Assembly: GCA_020137815.1 (NCBI GenBank)
Contig: CM035358.1
Location: 2,356,001-2,420,000 of the forward strand
Reading direction: 5' to 3'
From: Hormiphora californensis
Lineage: Eukaryota; Animalia; Ctenophora
Length of the DNA: 64,000 bases
Part shown: positions 53,639 to 64,000 of the stretch, piece after piece
How positions within the stretch are numbered: the stretch's first letter is position 1
How the letters are laid out: each line of letters begins with the position of its first letter
The notes under the pieces: generated by a model
The model's input: only the letters and a program-made list of their open reading frames with translations
Told to the model about the DNA's origin: nothing
Database searches by the model: none
Translations under genes and position numbers: made by a program

Positions 53639-55354
53639 TCACAGTGTTGACCCGTATACCTGTCTGCAGATAGATCTAACCCAAGTTGCCGCCAACACCC
53701 CACCCGGATCACTCAACCCCTCCGTCTCAACTGTACAAATATACGCGGCTCGTCCAGCACGTGGTTTCAGTGATTTAGTCTTTAGTACACCCGTCTCCAC
53801 TGCCTGAATACACATGGTAGCTAGAGCACTTGTTTCCTCGCTCTGGTGCACTTGAAGTGTCCGCAAGAGAGGATACAACACATCTAACATCGTGCAATCC
53901 CCCTCCACTGCACCCCCGTATCGCGATATCGCCTCAACTCCAGCTGCCATAGCAACGGTCAGATTGCTTGCGGAGTAACCTGAACCTGCCTCCAGAGCCC
54001 GTGCCCCGGCTGTTAGGCCAATGGTGTACAGCGCACCCGAACTGCCTCCCATATGAGACTCAACTATGGTAGCTAAATGACCCAACAACCGGTCAAGAGA
54101 TGAGGTGTCTAGGGCAGTTGGTAGCTGGGATAGGAAGTGATCAACTGTACTCCCACAATCACCATCACCCACCGCCCGATCCAGCTCATCAAGATCCTCA
54201 CAGGCTGCCCTCAAATCCCGCCAAACACACCCCAGAATCATATCAATAGTGGGGTTGTGTCTCTCAACCACCCACTTTTCCTCCCCACACCCAGCATGTG
54301 TTACCGGGTCGGGAACTGGTACTTCCAGATCAACAAACCCTCTCCAATTTTCACAATCTGTCTTCTCGTTCAGCCACTGTTCCCATTCTGGTTTACCAGT
54401 TAAATCAAGGGTTGACATGGAAACACCGTGCATTCCAAGTGACGTCATGAACGTTCCCCATGACAACCATTTAAATTCCGGAAGATGCTTAACAGCTTTC
54501 AAAACTTCCCCCACTACAACCCCCATTTCAAGTTGAGATGTTCCACCGAGATTGTTGACAATAATAGCCTTCCTGTCGCAGGTGTCCTGACCGTCTATTC
54601 TTTTACACTTTTCATTATCACTGCTTTGCAGGTATTCCAATAACTTGAATACAACATCGGAGCATTGAAGGGTGTTACTCCTCACAGCACCTGCCTCGCC
54701 GTGTATCCCCACCCCGAACTCAATGACCCCAGGCGGGAGGGTGAAACTTGGTTCTCGGCCGGGTGGTACACAAGGCCCTGCTGCCACACCTGCTGTCCTA
54801 ATCCTACCATTCACCATCTCCCTAGCAACTGACATCAACTCATCTAGAGACTTCCCCTCCTCAGCCGCAGCCCCGAGTATCTTGTGCAGAAAGAGTGTCC
54901 CGCAGAGTCCCCTAGCACCAGATGTGTTGTCCTTACCCAATAAAGTGACGTCATCACCAGCAACAATTAGTTCAACATTCAGCCCCCGGGCTCTTGCTTT
55001 CTCAACCGCAATCCCAAAGGTCAACCTGTCTCCTGTATAGTTTTTAACTATCACCAAACACCCTGCAGGTCCTGTCACTGCGTCAATCAGGGATAAGATG
55101 ATATTAGCAGAGGGTGAGGCAAAGACCCGTCCTGCAACCGCCCCACTCAACATTCCCCGAGCCACAAAGCCACAGTGGGCTGGTTCATGGCCACTGCCAC
55201 CTCCACTGATCAGCGCCACTTTACCAGGGTCTAGGTTAGTACGGAGGACACATGGCAGGGTGCCAAGTTGTCGGATGTGGGGGTTCAGTCGGACTAGAGC
55301 GGCGATGGCCTCATCGACACAATTTGATGGGTTATTGTAGAACTGAGCTGACAT
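53639..55354 (-). CDS. TKFC: Triokinase/FMN cyclase (ATP-dependent dihydroxyacetone kinase, fused DAK1 and DAK2 domains); intronless, 571 aa
   Basis: ISGGGSGHEPAH, VFASP, VKNYTGDRL, GIHGE, NNLGG, LDRAVGDGDCG, MGGSSGALY, GDCTMLD, AGRAAY, DPG motifs. Confidence 0.97.
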   Translation of the reverse strand: MSAQFYNNPSNCVDEAIAALVRLNPHIRQLGTLPCVLRTNLDPGKVALISGGGSGHEPAHCGFVARGMLSGAVAGRVFASPSANIILSLIDAVTGPAGCLVIVKNYTGDRLTFGIAVEKARARGLNVELIVAGDDVTLLGKDNTSGARGLCGTLFLHKILGAAAEEGKSLDELMSVAREMVNGRIRTAGVAAGPCVPPGREPSFTLPPGVIEFGVGIHGEAGAVRSNTLQCSDVVFKLLEYLQSSDNEKCKRIDGQDTCDRKAIIVNNLGGTSQLEMGVVVGEVLKAVKHLPEFKWLSWGTFMTSLGMHGVSMSTLDLTGKPEWEQWLNEKTDCENWRGFVDLEVPVPDPVTHAGCGEEKWVVERHNPTIDMILGCVWRDLRAACEDLDELDRAVGDGDCGSTVDHFLSQLPTALDTSSLDRLLGHLATIVESHMGGSSGALYTIGLTAGARALEAGSGYSASNLTVAMAAGVEAISRYGGAVEGDCTMLDVLYPLLRTLQVHQSEETSALATMCIQAVETGVLKTKSLKPRAGRAAYICTVETEGLSDPGGVLAATWVRSICRQVYGSTL

Positions 55355-56111
55355 TGAGTTTTAATCAATCTATAGCAAGAGAAATTATATATTTAATTGA
55401 GTTTGACGCCAGCAATAGATTGACAATGCTATGTAAATTTAATTCGTTATGAAGAATGTCAAAGAGTATTTTGACAGAAAATGGTAAAGGGTGAGAAACA
55501 TATATTGTGAGGGGTGCCCTGGGAGAGGCCAGGGTGAGGCCAGGGTAGAAAAGGAGAAGGGTTAACAGGAGGGTTAACAGGAGGGTTAACAGAAGAGTTA
55601 ACATCAAAGTCGGATTGAAACACAGTTTGTTGTGTAGTCTCAAATAAAGTAAAATACAGTAAGTCTATATTGTATATATCAAGAGGTACTGCACGATACG
55701 ATATATAATATAACACACTTCCTTAGAGCTGATTACCACCTCTGGTGCATGTAAGAAGAGAGATATATTTGCTCAAATTGTGGGCAAATTGCCAAATGTA
55801 ATATATAAAGAAATGTGAAAAGAGCAGAGTATATATATCGCATATAATATAATATTCTGGAGATGGGCCAACACAGTAATTGAAACAGAATGCAGCAAAT
55901 TACAATATCCTTTCAGTCTCTCACTCGAAACAATTACTACTTGTCATATGTTTGTAGAAAACATCTTATATCACACGAGATCACACGGTGAATGATCTGT
56001 AGTATACCATAGTGCATGATCGGTCACACGAGTACAATGTCTGCATGTGTTCAGCAGCGTGTGTGACACACACACTTGCAGCATGCACTATGTACACACA
56101 CTCTGATTACG

Positions 56112-56149
<38 letters not shown>

Positions 56150-56482
56150 TCTTCGCTGACAATTCTCGTGTGATTTTTGAGTCAAATGACACTGTTTCAT
56201 TAAACACGGTACCGTGGCCACTATATTATAAGATATAGGAAGTGTAAAACCATCTTCTGGTATGTATGTACCAAACAGGGAGCACCCAATCTCTGGAGCT
56301 CTATATGTAAATCTATTCATTGACCCAGTTTATATCTATTTTTAGATCTATTTTTTAGATCTATACTTATTAGTGAAAGTGTTTTGATGGAACTAACCTA
56401 TTAGATAAATCAATACCAGTAGAAATATGATAATTAAACAATTCCTCTCAAGATTCTGATTCTAGCTCGTAAAATGTAATAC

Positions 56483-57494
56483 TAGGCCAGTCACTTTTTG
56501 CTAAAATGGTGAACTGAGACATAACAAAGGTTTTCCACTTGCATTGTACTCCTATGGGGTCCCAGAAACACCAAAAAAATCGTCCACTCCAACCGAGGTG
56601 AAGAAAGTGCCCAAAATGACCACGCCCTTTTTGCCTGTATTTTCAGCCTTGGCCAAAAATAGCAACTTTGCTTTGGATTGGAGTAGAGACAAAAATGAGG
56701 GCACTAAAATGTGTAGAATGAGCAGCAGAATCGATTGGGACCAAGCAGAAGTCTCTATCTTGTCAGCTTCGAGAGATAATTAAATAATTAAGTATGCGCA
56801 TAACCGTTTTTGAGCCATACGGCTATAGCCACTCAGGAGCGGTTTCGACAATTTTCCTTTACAGGAGTTTGTTCGGCATATAAAAATTAGTGGGGGTAAC
56901 AAATTTGAAGTTTCTATCGTTAAAGGTCAATGCGTTATTCAAATTCAAAGATCGAAAAATGAGGGGAAAATGAGAGAAAATGACCAAATTTCGACTTTTT
57001 ACCCTCATTTTTCGATCTTTGAAGTTGAATAACGCATTGACCTGAAGCGATAGAAACTTGATATTTGTTACCCCCGCTAATTTTTATATGCTGAACAAGC
57101 TCCTGTGAAGGAAAATTGTCGAAACCGTTCCTGAGTGGCTATAGCCGTATGGCTCAAAAACGGTTATGCGCATACTTAATTATTTAATTATCTCTCGAAG
57201 TTGACAAGATAGAGACTTCTGCCTGGTCCCAATCGATTCTGCTGCTCATTCTACACATTTTAGTGCCCTCATTTTTGTCTCTACTCCAATCCAAAACAAA
57301 GTTGCTATTTTTGGCCAAGGCTGAAAATACAGGCAAAAAGGGCGTGGTCATTTTGGGCACTTTCTTCACCTCGGTTGGAGTGGACGATTTTTTTGGTGTT
57401 TCTGGGACCCCATAGGAGTACAATGCAAGTGGAAAACCTTTGTTATGTCTCAGTTCACCAAATGGCCCCAAAATGACAAAAAATGACTGGCCTA
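56483..57494. mobile_element. 1.01-kb foldback element with TAG..CTA termini and 3-bp TSD (Academ-like)
   Basis: TAGGCCAGTCA / TGACTGGCCTA termini; TSD TAC at 56480-56482 and 57495-57497; arms about 480 bp. Shares GGCTATAGCCAC, AGTAGAGACAAAA..GAGGGCACTAAAAT and GCGCATAACCGTTTTT with the 32.6-kb element. Confidence 0.88.
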
Positions 57495-57772
57495 TACATA
57501 TATATTACGGATCACGTATCATAATAAAAAACATGTTGGAAGAGGCTAGATATGTATAATGTGTGATATTGTATAAGCAAACCCAAGTTGTAAATATAAT
57601 AATGGAATAAATTTGTGATATATAATATTCAGAGGAGTAAATTAATCAAATCTTACCCATAATCAAAGTTGGACAGGGCTAAGACTCTTAATTAATACCA
57701 CCCTGTACCGTAAAGAAACGTCTGATTTTCTCTCCCTCTGATTTCTGTAACAAGTAAGCTTCTCTTTCACCC

Positions 57773-57813
<41 letters not shown>

Positions 57814-58380
57814 TCTCTCTCTCTTTCCTCTTTCTCCCTCTCACATCTCTCTGTCTCACTCTCTCACATATCTCTCCGATTTCTGTCGTATCACCTTCTC
57901 TCTCTCCTAACAACCGATTGCACAATATAATAATTTAGCAGGCCATGATTGCAATCAAAGACTAGCAATCGATTGCTAGTCTTTGATCTTAGGACTAGCA
58001 CATCTGTATTACACTGCCATCTCTTTTCCACTCTCTCTATCTCTCTCTCTCTCTCTCTCTTCACGTGTTTTAAGGACAAGATATACAGACAGTCTCAATT
58101 AACAGCTCTCGCTTTTTCACACCGGCCTGCTGGTGTATTGAATCACGCATGAATCTAGTCTGGACTGCTATGACTATGTAAAACAATGTAAATGTGAGCG
58201 GGGGATTCTGTAGATCTAGTAATGAGAACAGGAGGCGCTCAAAAAATGTTTTTAAATAAAACATCCCAGGCTGACCATCTGTTCTCTGAAATCTGAGGAT
58301 TAATCAGGGTTGTGTGTGGAAACAAATTGTTATCGATGTAATTCATAATTCATATAATATACGCTGCAGAGTCCACTAGT

Positions 58381-60645
58381 TCATTTCTGCTCGAGTCCCT
58401 CGGTCGGAGTGGAGGAGGTGGATGATGGGAGAGATGAGGAGGGTTTCTTAAGTTCAGGAAAATCTGTTATAACAACGGTTACATTCCCAACGGTTATACT
58501 GTGCCGCGTGCCCCTGGGGAGAGAGAGAGGGAATTAGCTGGCCCCTGGGGAGAGATAGAGAGGGAATTAGCGTGCCCCTGGGGAGAGAGAGAGGGAATTA
58601 GCTGGGAAGTGCCCGGCCCCTGGGGAGAGAGATCAGGGAATTAGCTGGGAAGTGCCCGGCCCCTGGGGAGAGAGAGGGAATTAGCTGGGAAGTGCCCGGC
58701 CCCTGGAGAGATAAAGAGAGGGAATTAACCGGGAAGTTCTAAAGGGAAACTGGATCGTCCGATCGTAAGAAGGAGAGGTTTTTGGGGCAAGAGGTGGGCC
58801 AAAAATAGTAATGGTATTTGGAACCTAAAGGAGACGGAGAGTAGGTAATGCTACTGCAGTGTCGCCACGAATGGACCTAAACACAATGTGCATAAAATAT
58901 GCAATAGCTTCTTCGACCTATCTCTCCACTCCCTTCGTTATTTTATATATTGCCCTATCTCTCGCTGTATATTTTATGCCCTATCTCTCTACTCCCTCAC
59001 TGTATATTTTATGGTCTTCCCCCCAAACAAGGAAACACTAAATGTTTCCACAAACATGTGCTATACTTATTTCTTGAAAAGCTGCTACTTAGGAACGACT
59101 ATATATTACTACTCGATCTAGAATTTAGTTATTCACATGCCAATTCACAATATAGAGGTATATTATACCCCGTCTATTTGACAGTAATTAATAACATACT
59201 CATCTACACCTAGTCCAGATACTAGATACTCACATACTCATCTACACCTAGTCCAGATACTAGATACTCAGTTACACTTATTCGATACTAGATACTCACC
59301 TAGATCTGTCAACATTCTTTAACCGGCCGGGCCTTGTAGACATTACTGTACTGGATGCACCCCCGGAACTTCCAGCGCTCCGACTCTGCTGCCGCACAAC
59401 TCTTCGTCTCTTCCTCAGCGTGGCGTTGGTCTGTTTTGCCACCATCTCCGCAGCTAGAGCTTGTATCTGGACTGACTGTGTCTGTGGATATGAATATGTT
59501 AGAAGTGTGAATTTTAGTACAAAGATGCACGTGCACACGTTGGTGGAGGGACAATGTGGCATGGAGAGAGAGAAGGAGATTGGATTTTCTCATCAAATCA
59601 AATATCTAAGATAATGTATAAAACGGACATGTGTAATTCATTTGTGTGCCACATGGTATTGAACAGTGCCAGTTGCACTCATTATATCATAAGAGAGGGA
59701 GAGAGGGAGGCTGGAACATTAGGAGAGAGAGACTGGAAGTTGGAACATTAGGAGAGACTGGAAGAAAGAAGGAAATACATGACCAGACATGTGTAGTACA
59801 AACAATGGTGTGCTATACGTGTTACAAACAGGTATTTAATTCCTCCCTTTACTCATATTTAAAGTTTAAACACCCTTTCTCCATGTCATGTACTCATATT
59901 TAAACACCCTCCATGTACTCGTGTTTAAAATTATCTGGCACTCAGCCAACACAAACCTGCGATGTGGCCCTTGGTTTCCGGGTGCTTGTTCCCTTTCTTG
60001 TTTCGCACATGGCACATTTGAACTCGTCCTCGATGTTTTTATATGTACACACACTGCATTCCCAGCTTGTGACACTTCCTGAGAGAGAGAGGAACGGGTA
60101 ATCAGAGGTAACTAGAGGTAACCAGGGGTAACTAGGGGGGAGTTTTAATAAAGTAGAGCTGGCAGTAATTAAAGATCGCAGAAATGCAGCCTATAAAGTA
60201 TAATATATTATATTATGTTGTTACTATCCTAAACTACACTGTACAAAACTAAATTAGTTTTTTGATACAAAACCGGCCGCGGCTATAGCTGTGTGGGGGG
60301 GGGGGGGTGTGAAATGTTATCTTTTAAAACACTAACCGTGTCCATTACTGGATGATGAGGGAGTTCCATTTCCGTTCTGGGATCGCCGTGTTGGTCTTTG
60401 TGCAGCCGCCTAAGTAGCAATATAATATACATATTAGTGGAGGGGGGATGGTAGGACAAACTAGTGTGGTACGCTTGTGCCTCCTACTAAGAATGGGATA
60501 AAGGTTTTCGAGCACAAATAAATGTTAAACTAGTGTTAAAAACGAAAGTTAAATTAGTATTAAATCAATGTTAAATCAATGTAAAACTAGACACCTCGTT
60601 ATCGTTTCCTGTCGAAGAGTTAGTCTCTGATTCGTCTTCTACCAT
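58381..60645 (-). CDS. RYBP: RYBP/YAF2 (RING1- and YY1-binding protein, non-canonical PRC1 subunit), about 186 aa, 5 exons
   Basis: Exons 60645-60595, 60409-60337, 60078-59957, 59481-59300, 58513-58381. RanBP2-type finger [29 protein letters not shown]; C-terminal [22 protein letters not shown]. Exon 1 is less certain. Confidence 0.94.
58505..58740 (-). repeat. Minisatellite of six 31-43-bp units, each a copy of the RYBP last-exon splice acceptor
   Basis: On the minus strand each unit reads (C/T)TAATT-CCCTCTCTC..CCAG|GGG; AG junctions precede positions 58513, 58544, 58577, 58619, 58662 and 58702. Confidence 0.9.
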
Positions 60646-60818
60646 GGTGGGTGACAGATCTTGTATTTCACTCCGACATTCTAGAGAGAGCTTGGCCCTC
60701 CTTTCCTCCTTACATACATATAGGGATGCTATTATAGGGAGAGAGAATAGGGTAAAATATAGGGAGAGGAAAAGGTTATAACAAAGGGTATTGGGTAAAG
60801 CTAGGTGGTTTGGGAATA

Positions 60819-61414
60819 TCACTGCGCTGGCAAGCGCAAAGGTGACCCCATCCATCCCCCGAAAAAAATTCCCCCAAAAACGGCCCGCTTGCTCACAGCG
60901 TATATATAGTTATTTCATACTTTTAGCCCATTTTGGCACTTTTTGACATGCCATAACTCCCGAACCGGAAGAGCTAGCAAGCTGAAATTTTGTACTTAGA
61001 AGCTTCTTGTAGACCTCTATTGATGGTAAAAATTTCAAGTGGCTAGCTCTTTTTGTTCAAAAGTTATAACACCACCCCCAAAACAGAAAATTCAGTGTGG
61101 GGATAACTAGGTTGATCACTGCGCTGGCAAGCGCAAAGGTGGCCCCATCCAACCCCCCGAAAAAAATTCCCCCAAAAAACGGCCCGCTTGCTCACAGCGT
61201 ATATATAGTTATTTCATACTTTTAGCCCATTTTGGCACTTTTTGACACGCCATAACTCCGGAACCGGATGAGCTAGGAAGCTGAAATTTTGTACTCAGAA
61301 GCTTCTTGTAGACATCTATCGATGGTAAAAATTTCAAGTGGCTAGCTCATTTTGTTCAAAAGTTATAACACCACCCCCAAAACAGAAAATTCAGTGTGGG
61401 GATAACTAGGTTGA
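60819..61414 (-). mobile_element. Head-to-tail dimer of a roughly 298-bp non-autonomous Helitron-like element
   Basis: Copies 60819-61115 and 61116-61414. On the minus strand each starts TCAACC and ends with hairpin TGCGCT-TGCC-AGCGCA then GTGA; the array sits between A and T with no TSD. Confidence 0.7.
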
Positions 61415-63118
61415 TACATACATAATACATAGATAGATAGATGTATAGACGCTTTATTACCTTCCGTTTGGTCCCAGTTTGAGACGAACCAGACATCGTA
61501 CGACCTTAAACCAAGCGGCATTCGACAGATAATTGTCTCGTGCATGTACCCATTTGGGTGGCGACTCTCAGTCTTACCTATGACGCGCGCAATGACGTCA
61601 CGAGTGACGTCATTGCGTGAGATCGACTAACTTTTTTCAAACGCCTCTAGCACCCTGAAGACGTGTTCCGATTTCTGATTTGACGAAAAATCGTTACCGG
61701 CAAATTGTCTGAACTTTCAGTTACTATATTGCGAATTTTCGTAGCTCATCATTTTGAGCCCTTAAATCGCGTCGGAAGTCAAAAATTTGACGAAAAATTC
61801 AGTAAAATGAACAATTTTCGAGCAAAAACTCCCTTTCCTGACCACTGTGGTCAATGATACTTTACGAACTCCTTCAGGGTATTCATTCAAAATATATTGT
61901 GATGCAATTACGTCGTTATGACGTCACTAATTACGTCAGATGACGTCATAATGACGTCAAAATTACGATTTTCACAGAAATTCGTCTCGTTTCTCATATA
62001 ACACATCATTTTGACAATTTTACATCATGAAATAATGTCATACTGACATTAGAAACCAAAAAGGGACCTAAATTAAGCCAAAAACTAATTGGAATTAGTT
62101 GGCGGGAAAGGTGGCCCACTTACACCTTTGCCTGATGCCGGGTTTTATTTTAAAATGTATCAGGGATATAAGAGGTGAGTGAAATAGAGAAAGAGAAAGG
62201 GTGAGAGAGAGATTGAGATACCGACGTGACGTGAAGAGAATGACAGTTCGTGGTACCCGGTAGCAGCAAAAGGTGTAAGTGGGCCACCTTTCCCGCCAAC
62301 TAATTCCAATTAGTTTTTGGCTTAATACATATATACATACATACATAGATGTATAGACGCTTTGTTACCTTCCGTTTGGTCCCAGTTTGAGACGAACCAG
62401 ACATCGTACGACCTTAAACCAAGCGGCATTCGACAGATAATTGTCTCGTGCATGTACCCATCTGGGTGGCGACTCTCCATCTTACCTATGACGCGCGCAA
62501 TGACGTCACGAGTGACGTCATTGCGCGAGACCGACTAACTTTTTTCAAACGCCTCTAGCACCCTGAAGACGTGTTCCGATTTCTGATTTGACGAAAAATC
62601 GTTACCGGCAAATCGTCTGAACTTTCAGATACTATATAGCGAATTTTCGTAGCTTATCATTTTGAGCCCTTAAATCGCGTCGGAAGTCAAAAATTTGACG
62701 AAAAATTCAGCAAATTGAACGTTTTTCGAGCAAAAACTCCCTTTCCTGACCACTGTGGTCAATGAAACCTTACAAGCTCCTTTGGGGTATTGATTCAAAA
62801 TATATCGTGATACAATTACGTCGTTACGACGTCACTAATTACGTCAAATGACGTCATAATGACGTCTAAAATAAGATTTTCACAGAAATTCGTCTCGTTT
62901 CTCATATAGCGCATCATTTCGACAATATTACATCATGAAATAATGTCATGCTGCGATTAGAAACCAAAAAGAGACCTAAATTAAGCCAAAAACTAATTGA
63001 AATTAGTTGGCGGGAAAGGTGACCCACTTACACCTTTGCCTGCTGCCGGGATCAGGGATATAAGAGGTGAATATAATGGAATAAGACAGTGAAAGAGAGT
63101 GTGAGTGAAAGAGAGAGA

Positions 63119-63183
<65 letters not shown>

Positions 63184-63394
63184 AGAGAGAGAATGAGAAT
63201 GAGAGAGAGACAGGGACACAGGGACACAGGGAGGAGAGAGAGGGAAAGAACGAACAGGAATAAGTTACCCTCGAAAAATATGAGATTGAGATACCGAGGG
63301 ATAGAATGAGAGTTCGTGGTGATACCCGGCAGGAGCAAAAGGTGTAAGTGGGTCACCTTTCCCGCCAACTAATTTCAATTAGTTTTTGGCTTAA
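61415..63394. mobile_element. Tandem dimer of a roughly 0.9-1.07-kb composite repeat (microsatellite head, TGACGTCA-rich body, terminal TTAA-flanked inverted-repeat module)
   Basis: Units 61415-62325 and 62326-63394 align over about 650 bp. Inverted modules 62077-62321 and 62985-63390 have about 55-bp arms and interiors that differ mainly by (GA)n length. Confidence 0.85.
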
Positions 63395-63457
63395 TAATAA
63401 ATACGGTAAAAACTAAAAAAGATGGGGGGGTAATACAGAAAAGATGGGACTGGGTTT

Positions 63458-63489
<32 letters not shown>

Positions 63490-64000
63490 GGGAAAAGAGA
63501 GAGAAAGAGAGACCATAAGCTGTATAATAGTGGTACATCTTGTTCTTCTAGCAATACATACCCCCTACATGTAATGGTACTATAGCTGTCTTTTTCCTCA
63601 CTCTCTCTCTACTCTGTCACTCTGTCTCTCTATCTCTCTCTCTCGCCTCTCTCTCTCTCTCACTTTCTCTCTCCCTTTGCATATTATGTTCGATGGTAAT
63701 TACAACTACTCGAAGCTGCAGAATATATTCACTAATTAGAACACACATGACGTACAACTGTCGTAAACGAGGGATAAAGAGAGATAAAGAGGAATAAAGA
63801 GAGATAAAGAGGGATAAAGAGAGATAAAGAGAGATACATATCAGAGTCTTTAGTCTTGGATCAATGACAGCATAAATTCAAAACTTAGAACAAAGGCTGA
63901 TACCCCTTGGAAATTGCGACAGGAAATCAATTCAACCGCGTGTGGCAGAGATTCGAGAGAGACAATGGGAGAGAGAGAATGGGGGAGTACTATCCTAGGG

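Noticed and set aside
54137-55452. Plus-strand ORFs overlapping TKFC
   Set aside because: Antisense shadows of a real coding sequence.

Overview
Eukaryotic (animal) genomic DNA with spliceosomal introns, many (GA/CT)n microsatellites and an unusually high density of palindromic non-autonomous DNA transposons. My tentative guess at the source is a ctenophore (Pleurobrachia-like), from recalled repeat content only. Seven genes were assembled by hand with phase-consistent exons: a GPI-anchored Ly6/uPAR-like secreted protein (+, 14334-17210), an orphan class A GPCR (-, 20593-22439), and a tight minus-strand run of RYBP/YAF2, TKFC/DAK (intronless), FAM134/RETREG-like, COX10 (intronless) and TOE1. 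A solo Penelope-type GIY-YIG ORF is nested in a RETREG intron. Every gene has a 3' splice acceptor a few nt before its ATG, and the four downstream minus-strand genes are only about 0.5-0.8 kb apart, which suggests SL trans-splicing and possibly an operon. Mobile DNA includes foldback elements with Chapaev-like, Mutator-like, Kolobok-like and Academ-like (TAG..CTA, 3-bp TSD) ends, hAT and pogo-like MITEs, an unassigned CTGTC..GACAG family with 8-bp TSDs, a Helitron-like dimer and a 32-bp satellite arranged as a giant inverted repeat. Splice signals are tandemly duplicated at several loci, including six stacked acceptors before the last RYBP exon. About 4.3-5.4 kb, and probably 10.1-13.2 kb, look like low-quality sequence. 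Most supplied ORFs are spurious repeat translations.
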